Shown: positions 25,201 to 38,659, counted from the first letter of the whole stretch. The stretch: DNA of 63,886 nt, filler included, from Phoronis australis (GCA_002633005.1; 9 parts of 9 records of this genome joined end to end with filler, not necessarily neighbours in it); one strand, 5' to 3'. The notes: generated by a model from the letters alone, not told the origin. Numbers and translations: made by a program.

Positions 25201-26298
25201 TAGCAAATGTTGTAAATAGACCAATTTTTTAAATGATGCAATTTATTACAAGTAGGCATTGTGACAACTTACATAAAACTTGAAATTTGACGTTATGGTA
25301 GTCATTTTTTGCAAAGTGTTTCAAGAAGCACGTTTAATCAGATTAACATTTGACTGTTGTTGAGAGTCAGAAAAACTTCTCCATCGAGCTATAGTCTTTT
25401 TGTTATTGTCCAAAACTTAGGTAATTGTCTCAACATTCAATAATTATTGTTATCTGCAATAAGATGTGACAGTCATAAAGAGACCTTGAATGCGATAAAT
25501 AGAAGATTGCATTATGTTGAAAATGGTTCTCTGACACTGAAATAGAATTCAACCTGCTTATCAGATATTTTAGGGTTTATTTGTAAAGATCTTTAAATTC
25601 TGTTGTATAAAAACATTTTCTTTTTAGTTTCAAATTTCAAAAAACGTTACGTCAAATGGTCGCCACTTTGTCGATTTTTCTCCCATAAGACAAAGCACGT
25701 CTCCGTAATGGCAAGACATCTGTAGTTCATTAATTATATTAAAAATGTGACCTTTGATCTGAAGCGACTGAGCGCATGCATGCATTTATCATAAGTGGCA
25801 GGGAGATCAGAAACTCTATGCTAATCACAGAGTCTTTCTTTTGCGCGTATTTCAAAAATCGTGAATTTTGTTATTTTTCTGGAAATTTCCTCATAGGGGA
25901 ATTTTTCTGTACTAGACATTGTGAGATGATACTTTCATCAGGAATTGTTTAAAAGTTATTTTCTACAAGCTTTCGTGTTCCATGCATCTTTAAACAGAAG
26001 GCTAAGTCCTGTAGCTAATGAAATTCTTTAACTAATACGACATAAATACCACAAATGTATGATTGTATGTACATTGGCACCCAACGATTAAATCAACAAG
26101 GCATTATGGACGACAACAAAACGGCCTAACCAACATGCTCAACTGTGTTGTGGCATGACATGACAAAATTAACTAAAACAAAGGTAATAATAATAAGAGC
26201 ATGCACTCTTTTCAAAAATTACCCAATATGGGCGTGTCCAAGAGGCCTATGTTATCAAACTTATATCTTTTAGTAAAACATGTTTTTATTAACTTTTG

Positions 26299-28989
26299 GT
26301 CTTCAGTAGAGTAGGGTTCCCAAGGGATATCCTAAGTGTCTGTGGAAGGCAGTTCACAGTGGAACTGATGAAGGAGGTCAGCACGCTTGTGAGTGCCCAG
26401 AAACTGTATACAGCCCCTTACAATGCATGCTGAAACGGTCTTTATGAAAGAATTAGTGGTGTACTTAAAGCTATGCTGAAGAAGATGTGTCAAGAAAGAT
26501 ACAAGGGACCAGGACTGGTATCTGCTAGTTGTCCTGTTTGCTTATTGAGAAGTCTCCCAATCAAGCACAGGATTTTTATCCTTTCAGTTGCTACATGGCA
26601 GGTCCTTAAGAGGTTCGATGCAAATCCGGAGCAAACTCTGGACTGGGGAAGACAACAACAAAGACCGAAATACTTAACAATATGTATTCAAGCTAGGGAA
26701 CCGCTTAGAGGAGACCTGCGACTTGGCTAGAAAAGGCTTGTATAATACGCAAGGTATTCACAAGCATTGCTCCGACAAGAGGGCCAGACAGTTTCAAGTG
26801 GGACAAAGAGTTTTGGTATTACGTCCCACAGACCACAATAAGCTTACCCCTGCTGTGGAAGAGGCCAATTACAAGTTAGAGAAGCAGTCAACCATATTGA
26901 CTACAGAACTGACATGAACAGCAAGATTAAAGTCTTCCATGCCTATCTGCTGAAGGCTTATCATGAAGGCGAGGCTGACAACATAGTAGACAAAGATGAA
27001 GCGATCAGAGTGGTGTTAATTGAAGAATGTGTGATTGATGAAGAGACCCTTCTTGATGAAGGGGGTTTAGAGCTTTGGCCAGAGGTTCACATTGAAACAT
27101 ACAAGGATGTTAAGCTGTACGATTGCTTGATGTCAGACCATCGTGAACAGACACTACCTGCTCCCACCTGACTACCGTGGTATCTTCACCAATAAGCCTG
27201 GAGAGACCAAGTTGATGACAGAACAACCAGTGAGAGTGAAACCACGTCAGATGCCATATACTACTCAGGACTTAGTGAAGAAGGAAGTGCAGGAGATGTT
27301 AGAGATGAACATAATTGAGCCTTCCACTTTAGCTTACAGCTCTCCTGTAGTGTTGGTGGCTAAAAAGGACGGCTTCTCACTTTTCTGTAATGATCACCAT
27401 TTGCTAAATGTAGTGACCGAATTTGACAATGAGCCCATGGGTAACCCTGAAGCTATTATGGCATATCTGCTTAGTCAATGTTTCTTCTCAAAGTTGGACT
27501 TCACGAAAGGCTACTGGCAAAATTCTCATGGATGAGGGGAGTAAAGAGAAAACCGCATTTGTGACTCCAGGAGGCTGTTACCAGTTCCACAGAATGCCAT
27601 TTGGTTTGGTGAACTCTTCGGCCACGTTCAACAGGATAATGAGAAGCATGCTAGCAGGCTCAGATAATATCGTAATATTGAGCAGTATGTCGAAGATGTG
27701 CTACTCCACACTGTCACCTGGAAAGAGCATCTCCGTACACTGAGGGACTTGTTTCAGGGAGTGAAACAGCAGGCTTGACAGTAAAACTGTTGATGTGCAG
27801 CATTGGATATGAGGAGGTGGAGTTCCTTGGACATCAGATTGGGACGAACCAGATAGCTATGGATGACCAAAGCTAATGAGGATTCAGGACGCGCCAACGC
27901 CTTCTACCAAGACTGAAGTACGGTCATTCTTAGGCTGTACAGGGTATGACCAAAAGTTTGTGCCTAACTATGCACAGATAGCCACGCCGTTGACAGCTTT
28001 ACTGAAGAAGGGTTAGCCGAAGAAAGTCGTGTGGACTGATATTCATGAACAGGCATTCAAGAAGCCAAAGCAAGCACTTGGAAGTATTCCAATCCTATGA
28101 GTACCAGACTTCACCCAGAGATTCATTGTCGGGATAGACGCATCAAACGATGATTTACGAGCAGTCTTACTGCAAGAGTTTGATGATGGGACATTCCCTA
28201 TTGCGTACACCAGCCAGAAACTTAAAGAGAGTGGCATTACTTCACAAAGGAGAAGGAGTGTTTGGCTATAGTGTTCGCGGTTAAATGTTTCCAGTTTTAT
28301 CTGTATGGGACAGTCCCCAAACCACTGGTATATATTCAGCGTTGTAAGATTGAAAGCCCAGAGTTATGCAATGGGCAATAGTGCTGCAGAATTATAAATT
28401 CCATGTGGAGGTTATCCTTGGAAAATCTAACGTCGGTGCAGACGACTTGTGTCGACTAGCAGATCCTGCAATTCATGTACCACTTAAGAGGACACAGAAG
28501 CAGAAGATTTCATATCTGTGCCAGATGATTATGAGTTAGAAAATTAAAGAATAATTTTCTCTTTGACAGGGGTGTGTTGTCAGGAGTGAACTGACACTAC
28601 TATTAGTTTTATTATTTTGTTGTATTTTACTGTTTGTGTTCTAGCAAATAGTCTATGTTTGGCGTGACCCTTGAGGTCAGTACAGTGATGATGTAACTTG
28701 TTTACCAAAGAATAGTGTGGAGCATTCTAGAAGATTCTAGCACTTTTAAAGTCAGTTAAAGTTAGTTACAAGAGAGTTACAGTTGAGTTGCAGTCAAGGC
28801 TTTGCAGCACTGGGTGGAGCATAGAACAGACATTACGTCAGACGTTTTGTTTGACTAGGCTTGTGAACGTCACAGTCGAGATTAATAAAGTGATTAACTT
28901 GAACCAGTCTGCAGTCTGTTGTTGCACCGAAAGCTATTAGGACCAGTCGGTAATCACCTGTGCACCCACACATTGGGGAAAACGTCACA
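26299..28989 (+). mobile_element. 5'-truncated, decayed Ty3/Gypsy LTR retrotransposon with Gmr1-type order INT-RT-RNaseH
   Basis: Integrase core about 26299-26600 (VFSRVGFPRDILS..GRQFT...NGLYER..GVLKAMLKK...LFAY..STGF). RT about 27200-27900 (YSSPVVLVAKKDG, FSKLDFTKGYWQ, KTAFVTPGGCYQFHRMPFGLVNS). RNase H about 28100-28460 (DAS..AVLLQ, GKSNVGAD). Many stops and frameshifts. Confidence 0.88.
28578..28989 (+). repeat. 3' LTR of the Gypsy element (~412 bp)
   Basis: Begins TGT after a weak purine tract (gacagggg), ends ...gtcACA, and has AATAAA at 28884. No 5' LTR is available to confirm the boundaries. Confidence 0.6.
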
Positions 28990-29369
28990 ATTATTTATCA
29001 ACCAAAATTTTGAGAAATGTTAATGGTGGGTAAAGCGGACTGTGTCTGATCTTGGGTACACTGAAACTACCTAAACTTGGCCATTCACCTTTCAAATTCA
29101 TCATTTTCCAGTTTAGGAAAGTATGAGAACAAGCCAGATAATCAGCTGTAGTACAAACAATTTACAAGATAGAAAAACATTTTTTAAACATATTGAGTAA
29201 ATACTATGAGTATTTTGGCATATGTATCAAGTCAGTGGATATGTTTTGTACATAAATTATTAACCAAAGCCTTGGCAAGAGCAATACAATGTGACAGCAA
29301 TGTATTTCTAACAGTCCGTTCATCACTGGATGCTAGTATAGTGAGTGTGTTATTTTATCACCGTTTCAG

Positions 29370-29636
29370 TGCTGGGTCAAGTGCAGACTGTAACTGTGTC
29401 TGATCCTACGACCACAAGTGTGAACGTGTCATGGAGTGAGGCTGCTGGATTCAAAGATCACTACATCCTCACATGTTTCAGTTCAGGCTCTGAAACATAC
29501 ACTGCCACATTACCAAAGAATGCAACATTTGCGCAGTGCACAAGCCTGACACCTGGTGCCATATATAACATTACTGTTACTACTGAGAAACATGGCTACT
29601 ATAATGTAGTGTCTGATGTTACTGAGGAATCACTTT
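29370..29636 (+). CDS. FN3 domain exon 3 of the same receptor-like gene
   Basis: gtttcag|TG CTG GGT ... CTT T|gtaagt; 267 bp, phase 1-1. Protein includes TTTSVNVSW...YILTC...CTSLTPGAIYNITV. Confidence 0.9.
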
Positions 29637-29829
29637 GTAAGTAAAGTCTTTGAGCCTGGGTGTTTTGAAGGGGAGAGCTGTAAAAGTTTAATTTCAGGCG
29701 ACTGTGATAGTTAATCCTTACATATTTATTTTTTCACTACATTGAGGTTGTTGCATAAGTTTGTAATTGAATGTTTTGTTGTATGTTAGTTGTTATTCAG
29801 CCACATGTACATAGCGCGTGCATAGTGAC

Positions 29830-30860
29830 TGGGCACCTGTTGTACACCCTCATACAGGAGCATCATGAAAGTTGGCATTTGTTAAGCTGACCACAGATGG
29901 CGGTGACTTGTAGACTAATCAAACTGCTGTTGTGCCTTCTGTTGACTTTTGTTTTTTTATGCATGCCTCTGTATCTGCCCAGATCCTCGACCTTGACAGA
30001 TTTCATGAAATTTGGCAAATCTGTTCCTGTTAGATGATTAAGACAGCTTCAAAATTTTGGGCAGATAATCTACATCCCCAAGTGGCCACTTTCATTAGGT
30101 TTTGAGTTTTTGGAGTCCTCTCTCTGTTGGGGAAACCACCTGAAAGATAATTTGGTAGAGTACTTTTGTATGGAGCAGAGAACAAGCAACATTGATTTTC
30201 AAACAGGTCAGAATATTGTGCTGCCCCTAGTGGTCATTCTTCTGTTGTCTGTAGTGTACCTCAATATCTGCTAAGTAAGGTCCTTGATGGATCGTCCAGA
30301 AATTTGGTTTTTCATCTGACGCCGATTTCAGGACGAGTCTGAATAGTGCCAATTTAGGTTTAATGTTATTCTTTAAATAACAAATCTTCATAAAATTTGT
30401 GCGATAACTGTGGGAAGAAAGATGACTGTGCCTTCCAGTTTTAGAAAGATTGACCTCCTCTCCATCCCCTAGCAGCCATTTTTATGATGTTTTTGGCATA
30501 TGCCTCCCAAACCACTTGAAGATTCATTAAAGTTTTTAGCCAGGTTTTGTCTGGAGTTGAGGAGACTGTCATGTAGACCACATTAATTTTCGGACAGATC
30601 TGTTGTGGCTTCCTCTATAAGAAATTTTGGTTTAATATCTGTCAAAGTATTTGGTGGATCTTCATGAAAGTTGGCATATGTGATCGTATTGAGGTTTGTT
30701 CCAGCTGTGGTTGGTTTTTGGGACAGTTCATATGTCTTTGGCTCCTGATAGTGTTAGTTTTTTATGCCTGTGTCGATACCTCCATAATGGATCTTCACGA
30801 AGAGAGAGCATGGCAGATATGGTTACTGTTGTGCTTCCTTGTAACAATGAAGGTTTCTTA
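29830..30860 (+). mobile_element. Old diverged Helentron-type repeat remnant
   Basis: Recurrent ttcatgaaa(t/g)ttggca and cccctagtgg-like motifs at roughly 150-bp spacing, as in the younger copies. Confidence 0.5.
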
Positions 30861-31508
30861 AAGTTTACATTTTTCTCATTCATGTCGTGAACACATCCAC
30901 TACCACAAGAAACTGTAGGAACACCACATTTATCCACCTTCACTCTTATCAGGCTTCTATTGTGAGTCAGCATGCGTGAATAATTGGCTGATAAGCCACC
31001 TCTGGAACTACTTTTGGCTGAATGGATGACCAGGCCATAAAATGATAATTAGCCAAGACCAGTTACTATAATGCAACAAAGAATAATGTCTTGCATCACC
31101 TATTCTTGGTGGAAAGCTATATACTGTATTGGCTCAAACAAACGCTTAGAAAAATTCATTTCACGGGGAGGGGACGCTTATTGTAGTGAGCCCACGGCAG
31201 TTGAAACCCGGTTTCCCAAACGGGTAAAATCGGAAGCTAGGATTCATCAAATTTAGGCTCTGTGACGTAGTTGTAGCCTATGACAGCCTTTCTACAAAAT
31301 TGTGGTGCATTGCTATCAACTTCCGTTGTTAAATTACGATAATTTTTCAAAAAACTGTGCTCATCACAGGGCGAAAACTTGCCGACTGATGCGTCGCTGA
31401 ATCGCGATCGTCAATAGGAAAACTTGAACTCTTGAATAAAAATATAGTTTCGACTCAACAAATTACCTGAAATCTTCCTTATGTTTTACAATTTTTAAAG
31501 TTCATGTG

Positions 31509-31608
31509 NNNNNNNNNNNNNNNNNNNNNNNNNNNNNNNNNNNNNNNNNNNNTTAATTAATTAANNNNNNNNNNNNNNNNNNNNNNNNNNNNNNNNNNNN
31601 NNNNNNNN
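31509..31608. other. Artificial contig-joining spacer
   Basis: N44-TTAATTAATTAA-N44. Confidence 0.95.
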
Positions 31609-31687
31609 TATGTAATTGCAACGACTGATGGTCACCATATTTTTTGTAAATTCCTGCATGACAACTTAAATCTTTCAAAATGAGGAC

Positions 31688-31890
31688 ACCAATCCACTGC
31701 ACCAATACGTTGGGCTTCACGTGCACTCCAAACTACACCAATCCTCTCCAAATTATACCAATCCAAATTACACCATTCCACTCCAAAGTACACCAATCCA
31801 CTTCAACCTACACCAACTCATTTCCACACTTTGCCATTTGGCTTCACACTCGGTACTGCGCCAACTCAATGTTGCTCCTAATCCACTCAT
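31688..31890. repeat. Degenerate pentameric low-complexity repeat (CACCA/ATCCA/CTCCA)
   Basis: Runs of caccaatcca and actcca. Confidence 0.65.
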
Positions 31891-32520
31891 GTTGCTCCAG
31901 TTTTGGCTGCGTTCTGTAGACCCAAGAAACTCGTGAAAATGCGAGATCATGCAAAACTTCACTGGATGTTGCCATGCATTACTACTGAAACACATGATCA
32001 CACAGTTAGCTATTCTTGCGAGTGTCTTGGGTTTATGGAATGCAGTTTTTGTCTTATTTTTCTAAATCAGAGTTGACCCCCGATTGCACATGAATGTATT
32101 ATCACTGCCAGTCTAGGTGCACCAGCCACGCACTACTCAATCGGCCATGTTAACATTCATTCAACTTTTAATTACCGGTTTGTGATCCGCTAGTGTTTGC
32201 AACTACTGTAATGTAGTAAATTGTGCATTTGTTCCCTTGTAGTGAATTCACCAAGCATTAGGTCTGGACCCATTACACATAGCACTCCAGCAGCACTCAT
32301 GTGAAGCTGCAGCCAGTAATGATTGTTACAAAGGTTACAAGAGCTGTGGTTTACGTTTTTCATAAACAATGCAAGATTAAATAGGAGTAGTGTTTTATTG
32401 AATGTTCATAAGTATTGTTACAGAACTGTGCCATCGTTTTGGAACCTACGAGTGCCATCGTGTTTCTTCACACTGTTAAGACAACGTTGGGTACATTCTG
32501 AGCTGTGCTTTATGTTTCAG

Positions 32521-32698
32521 TGGTTATGACTTTGGTTACATGTTGAAGATCCTGGCGAATGAGAGCCTTCCTGAAGAGGAGCAGGACTTCTTTGAACTTT
32601 TAAGGATCTACTTTCCTAACATTTATGATGTCAAGTATCTGATGAAGAGTTGTAAGAATTTGAAAGGGGGTCTACAAGAGGTAGCTGACCAGCTAGAG
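32521..32698 (+). CDS. CNOT7: Internal exon of CCR4-NOT deadenylase subunit CAF1/POP2 (CNOT7/8)
   Basis: tttcag|T GGT TAT ... CTA GAG|gtgaga. Translates GYDFGYMLKILANESLPEEEQDFFELLRIYFPNIYDVKYLMKSCKNLKGGLQEVADQLE, a near-invariant CAF1 sequence. Not in the ORF track in this frame. Confidence 0.95.
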
Positions 32699-32704
32699 GT
32701 GAGA

Positions 32705-32850
32705 AATTGACCTGTCGCAAGCTCCGCCCCCGTTCGTAATGTCGACTAACAGACAATAAGTTTTACCCAGCAACGTGATGATGTGTCTATAATGCTGCGT
32801 TCTGAATGGTCAGTTAAGCCGTCACGCAAAATCCTGGCGATAAGTCAGTG
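32705..32850 (+). mobile_element. Short MITE, copy 1 (second copy at 42572-42735)
   Basis: Shares aattgacct..caagctccgcccc..taatgtcgactaaca..taatgctgcgttctgaatggtcagtt..aaaatcctggc with the 42572 copy. Confidence 0.75.
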
Positions 32851-34939
32851 GACAAGCACATTCTGGAACTATGGGAAGGTAAGTTGTTCATTTCTTCTAG
32901 CTTTCACCTATTTAATTGGATCTTACAACTTGCTGTACTTGGTATTTTCAAAACTTTCCAGGTACAGTCTTTCTTTGCCATTTTCAGAATGTTTTGAATG
33001 TCTTCTGGTACTCATTCGCCTGTGTTGCGGGTCTTGTATGATGCTTTCAGTTCAGGGCCACGGTGAGAAATATTCGGTTTCATTTTTGACAGAGATAGCC
33101 AAATGCCTGGATTGCTTGTAGTGTTTCGTGGTGTTACAAAATGTTGTTGATTTTAGATTACTGAAATTCTACTGTTTTTTATGATTCTGTTGCCTAAAAT
33201 TTAATGAAAGGTATATCTTGGATTAATCTGTTAGTGACAAAGTTGTTGTTGGGAAAAATCTTTTTCATATCTTGTAGTGAAACTACAACTTAGAACTATC
33301 TGTGCCTTTTCATCCTTCATGCAAACATATGTAGCAACTTAATACAGTCCTTTCCCATTCTTAATGTGCATGCCCAGAAGTTCAGAAAATCGTCGTGAGC
33401 GCACCAGACATAGTGAGAGTGCAATTGAAGGTCATTCGTTCTGTGTAGTCAGGCGAGAGCATCTGCTTGTGGGGAAATGTCGATGAAATTCCCGACTGCT
33501 GGGTGGGTGGACACATTTTTATTTGGTGATTAAATGAAATTTCTCCAAGTCTTGCTATGTCATAAAACTTGTTTGTTGTAATCATGCTACTTGTAGCATC
33601 TCTCATCCAATGGATGCAATTTACACGCAACATGTCTTGTGTATGGCTAGAATCCTACTGCTTTTGGTTGAAATCGGAAGCAAGATGGCGTTGTGGCGGC
33701 CATGTTTCACTACTTTGTTTTGTAGAGATGTAGCTCTGCTGTTTCTGGAGAGATTTTTCTGATTTTTTGTGCATAGATCATTTCAAAGCTATCTGTTATG
33801 TTGTTTTTTTCCAAGACTTACAGTTTCCGAATTATTCTGGATTTTCTGGTGACTGCTCTCTTATTGATTGACGTTTTATGGGTTTTTTTGATGTATCTGC
33901 CTGAAATTTGGTATGTGGATGGATTGTTTCAAGTACTATCAGCATGTTAAAATGAGTTTCTCACTTCCACTTACTGTTGTCGAAATATTCAAAATTTAGT
34001 GCTTAGTTGACTGTTCTTTTGTTGACTTAATTCTGCACTTTGTTGACCTATGACATTTGTGCTTGAGAATGCATCGACATGAACTTTATGTACATTGTTT
34101 ATCTAGTCAATGAAACTCAATGACTTTTGAAGCTAGATGTCGCTTTGACAGCCATTTTTCGAATTATGTTTGTGGAGCTCTAACTCCATGATAGATCTCT
34201 TCATGGACTGTCTGCATTCATTATTGGTTTCTCGCTGCCTATTACCATTCTCGAGTTCTTTGAGGTTATCTGATTTCATAACCTCATTAACTGGCTCCTC
34301 AATGCCCTTTTGATGGTTTATCATTAACTGTAAGTAATATACATCGAGGGCGTGGTTTTTTATGTTTTTGGTTTTGTTGTCGACCTCACATTTAACTTTT
34401 TATTTCAGTTTGCCTAGTGTTGCTTCTCAAGTCACTGTCATTTGAGTGCTCTGGGTGCAGATGTCAACCTGGAAATTTTTGTATACTTTTACGCTTTCCA
34501 GATCATCAACTGAGCTACAGCATAGGGCTCACCTCACAACATGCTGGGCCCCGCTTTACAGTCACAAGGTCCTAACTACAATCTTTTGTTTAGAAAACTT
34601 GTAAACCAGAGGGCTTCGTCCACCGGAAGTACAACATATTTGAGAGCAAAAATTCCCCGCACATGAAGTACAATGTTTTTGTGGATATTGCATGTAGTGG
34701 AAGTTACTGATTAGGAGTTGTATGGTTTTGAATTGTTTTGTGCTTGCGTTAGTCAATCTTGATGTAAACTTGAGTTGGTGAACTCCTGTTGCTTCTGTGA
34801 CATATTTAACAAGGTTTGTTGCCTTGCATCAAAAAAACAACAACACTATATGAAGTTGAAATACATGCACTTATGTGTAACTAGTGATGAGATCATCGCT
34901 ACTAATCTTGTCGGTGAAGTAGCAGTAGCAGTTGTAGTA

Positions 34940-35480
34940 ATACACTTTATTCACGTTAAGACAAAAATACAATTAATGCAAAGCCTATGGAGACTCCCTG
35001 AACGCTGACCACGGAGTCACCAGAGAAAAACAATAAATCAGATAAATCAGAATTATAAAATTAGGTGATAATGCAATTTAAAACTACATGTAAAAATACT
35101 AGGAGAGCTTACGGAAAATAGTTACACACAAATAGTTGGGAACAAGTGCACTCAAGTTCATAACTTTCAAAACAAACGTTTTTAATACAATTTATAACAG
35201 AATATAAGGAATGGGTAATATTTTTTTGAGAGACACTTAAGGTATGTTATTTAATTATATGAAGTAAGGCATTCCCAACTGAATCTTCTGCAAATGATTT
35301 AATACAATTAAGAGTTTGTAGAGGATGTTGCCTAAGTGTTATGTTCATGAACAGACCCAAGGGTTATTAAATTGAATGCGTTGAAAATGAAGATAGAGAA
35401 TTATGAACATATTTATAAAAAATTTGGCAATAGCAACAACATAGAAGTCTTTTATTTTGAGGATCTGTATGGGCATTAAA
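34940..35480 (-). mobile_element. Possible decayed LINE 3' end
   Basis: The minus strand has HEHNT...W-x-x-L-like remnants and ends in an AATAAA/short-repeat tail. Highly degraded. Confidence 0.35.
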
Positions 35481-37103
35481 CAACTACATGTAATAATACG
35501 AAACTAAGTAACTAAAACGAATTGAAACTGCATGCGCGTACATCAGTCAAAATAAATGGAACTCTCTCATTTTAACATCAATGATTTGTGAAAAACATTT
35601 GATTCACCCTCAAATAATGAAAATACCAGCCATCTAGTCTCTATTAAACAATTTCCGAATTTTTATGGATAGCTGATGTTTTATGATAAATAAAAATCTT
35701 AGACACTTTTTGCTCTGGTCATAGATTATTAAAATAAGTGTGCATTTTTACATATTTACCTAAGGCTAAAGAAAATTAGTTGATTTAATTATTGCCAAAA
35801 CCATTGAAAATCGAAAGGCCTGTAAATGGATGATAACGATTTGCCACATATTTGTCGTCTAAAATGACTACAATAAGCTGAGAAGTTTCAAGCAACCCAA
35901 AATTTCGTCGATTTTCATAAAAAGTCTTCAAGTTACTTGATAAAATGCTGTAGTTAAACAAAATGCGGTAGTTAAACTTAAGTGTCGACAAGTCCGGTAT
36001 GAGAAGGTGGAAGTTTTCTTGTTGGCGAAAGAGTCTCTCGCCCACCAACTCGTGCAACCACAGAATTATTGTAGACCCCAGTGGCTACAGATTGACCAGT
36101 AAATGACCACACGAACTCAAGATTTTTAATTCAACGTCCGGACTAATTGTTACTTATTTCAAAGTTTTAAGGTCATTTAGGCCCAAAGTACAGTTCCTAA
36201 CAAAATACTAATACTTCAGAGATACACTTACAAACAGTTCTGTATACAGACCCCTCTATGCACCTTTCCTGTTTGACAAATACTTGAAGTGCCTCTCGTG
36301 AAACCCAAAATTTCTCTCCAATTATTAAAAGAATTTCCCTCACAATTACAATCACTTTAACTCACACAGATCGTCGGATTCGGATGATTTTAAAGGCTGC
36401 GAAAATCCTCACTTCACAGTTACGCCTTTCCACTTCCAGTGTTTGCAGCCTCAATGTGGAGAACAGAATCAGGCATAATTAATTACAATTGCAGGGGTGA
36501 TCACATAGTATTGAGCCAAGAAAGTCATTCATAGGAGTGCCAGCTTCACTACCTGACATCCCTAAAGGCTAGTCCAATTCCAAGAAAAAGCCACATGGCC
36601 TGTTGCGTGGTCTGCTCAGTATATAAGGCCACGAGTTAGTTTGGCTACTTTAGGCAGGGCCAGGGTAATGTGGTATTGGTGACGACCAGTAAAAATGGTG
36701 GCGACAGTAGCTGGATATAGATTTTTCCCTCATCCGATAAAATTCCCATCTTAGAATGTACAGCACATTTCCCCTCGGATGAACATATAGCGTAGAGCCA
36801 CTGCACTTGACAGGTGTTAACAAGAGCTGTTATTATCACCATTCACACTTTTCGCAGACTCCCGCTTTATAATTGCATGATTTGTCTTCGCGTACAAAAC
36901 AAGGTGAGACTCTATTGAACACAGGTTTTTATTAGTTTCCCTTAATGCCTGTACTAAAATGCAGACATTTTCTTCTTATATCTAACTTTACTGCAAATTA
37001 GTTGTCTTCTCTGACAATAAGAACAAATTTCCGTAAGCCCTAAGTTAAAATAAGATCTGTTTCCCTGTGTAATGCCAACTATGAAATATGTGCGACTCAA
37101 TTT

Positions 37104-38261
37104 TTATGCGCCCACATATTTATATGTGGACGCATTAAGCCGTCATCTCCGTCCGTCCGTCCGGGCGGGCGGGCAGCGTCCGGCGTCCGCTGCTCTATCT
37201 CCAAAACCCTTTGACATACGTTCATGAAATTTGGCACATATGTTCCATTTATGAATGGGACGGCATGTGCGAACTTTCAGACGGATCCGACTACCGGTGT
37301 GCCCCCTAGTGGCAATTTTAGTTTTTTACGCTTACCTTTGTATCTTCAAAAGTCCTGAACGGATTTTCATGAAATTTNNNNNNNNNNNNNNNNNNNNNNN
37401 NNNNNNNNNNNNNNNNNNNNNNNNNNNNNNNNNNNNNNNNNNNNNNNNNNNNNNNNNNNNNNNNNNNNNNNNNNNNNNNNNNNNNNNNNNNNNNNNNNNN
37501 NNNNNNNNNNNNNNNNNNNNNNNNNNNNNNNNNNNNNNNNNNNNNNNNNNNNNNNNNNNNNNNNNNNNNNNNNNNNNNNNNNNNNNNNNNNNNNNNNNNN
37601 NNNNNNNNNNNNNNNNNNNNNNNNNNNNNNNNNNNNNNNNNNNNNNNNNNNNNNNNNNNNNNNNNNNNNNNNNNNNNNNNNNNNNNNNNNNNNNNNNNNN
37701 NNNNNNNNNNNNNNNNNNNNNNNNNNNNNNNNNNNNNNNNNNNNNNNNNNNNNNNNNNNNNNNNNNNNNNNNNNNNNNNNNNNNNNNNNNNNNNNNNNNN
37801 NNNNNNNNNNNNNNNNNNNNNNNNNNNNNNNNNNNNNNNNNNNNNNNNNNNNNNNNNNNNNNNNNNNNNNNNNNNNNNNNNNNNNNNNNNNNNNNNNNNN
37901 NNNNNNNNNNNNNNNNNNNNNNNNNNNTTCGTGACTATGAAGGAAAAGTTCCAAGTAGAAATTTGTTTCTGGCATTCTAATGCTGTGCTAATCTCATATG
38001 TTGGTAAATTTGTTTTTAATTCTATGTTTCTGTGGTGCTTTAAGCAACTGATGTATAGGATGTGCTTGTATTATGAAGATCACTCAAATTTTGCCCCTAG
38101 CCTATTTAGGAGACAATGACCATCCCTTTCCATTTTGCAAAGTACAACATACTACATATATGCCCTCTACTGGCCACTTTATGGTACCAATAAACAACCC
38201 TAGAAGGATACCGTATACGGTGCAATTGTGGTCGCATTTCAACGCTCTGCGTTGCTCTTGT
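37104..38261 (+). mobile_element. Non-autonomous Helentron-type element, same subfamily as 16844-18329 (gap 37378-37927)
   Basis: 5' stem-loop tgcgcccacata-tt-tatatgtggacgca and (GTCC)n/(GGGC)n tract. The 5' and 3' segments are nearly identical to the 16844 copy. Confidence 0.85.
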
Positions 38262-38659
38262 ATTTCATGCAATTGACGAAAGAGTTATTTTTTAAATTAT
38301 AAAAACATAATTTTTACTCACTTGAGGAAAAAACAGAATATTTTAATGATGGTCTTATAGTTCTGTTTATGTGGAATACTAAATCCAGTTTTCCACTATT
38401 GCTGACGCTTTTGTGTTTAAGCCCTTAGCCTCAGACCCATAATTCTTAAATCCCATCTGATACTGAAGTTTAAATCACAAGTTCAATTCATTATAAACAG
38501 GTGGATTTATCAATGGAGTGTTGATGGGTCTCTTCAGTGGCCGTCAGAGCTGTCACCAGATGTCGCTATCAACAATGACATATGTTGCGTTGACATCAAA
38601 ACTGTAAATGTTTTTTGCAGAAATTCATCACTTTGTCTACCTTAAGCATTTCTTTTCAG

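Noticed and set aside
34502-34568. Candidate next CNOT7 exon after a tttccag acceptor
   Set aside because: No frame gives the conserved RIGPQHQAGSDSLLT sequence.
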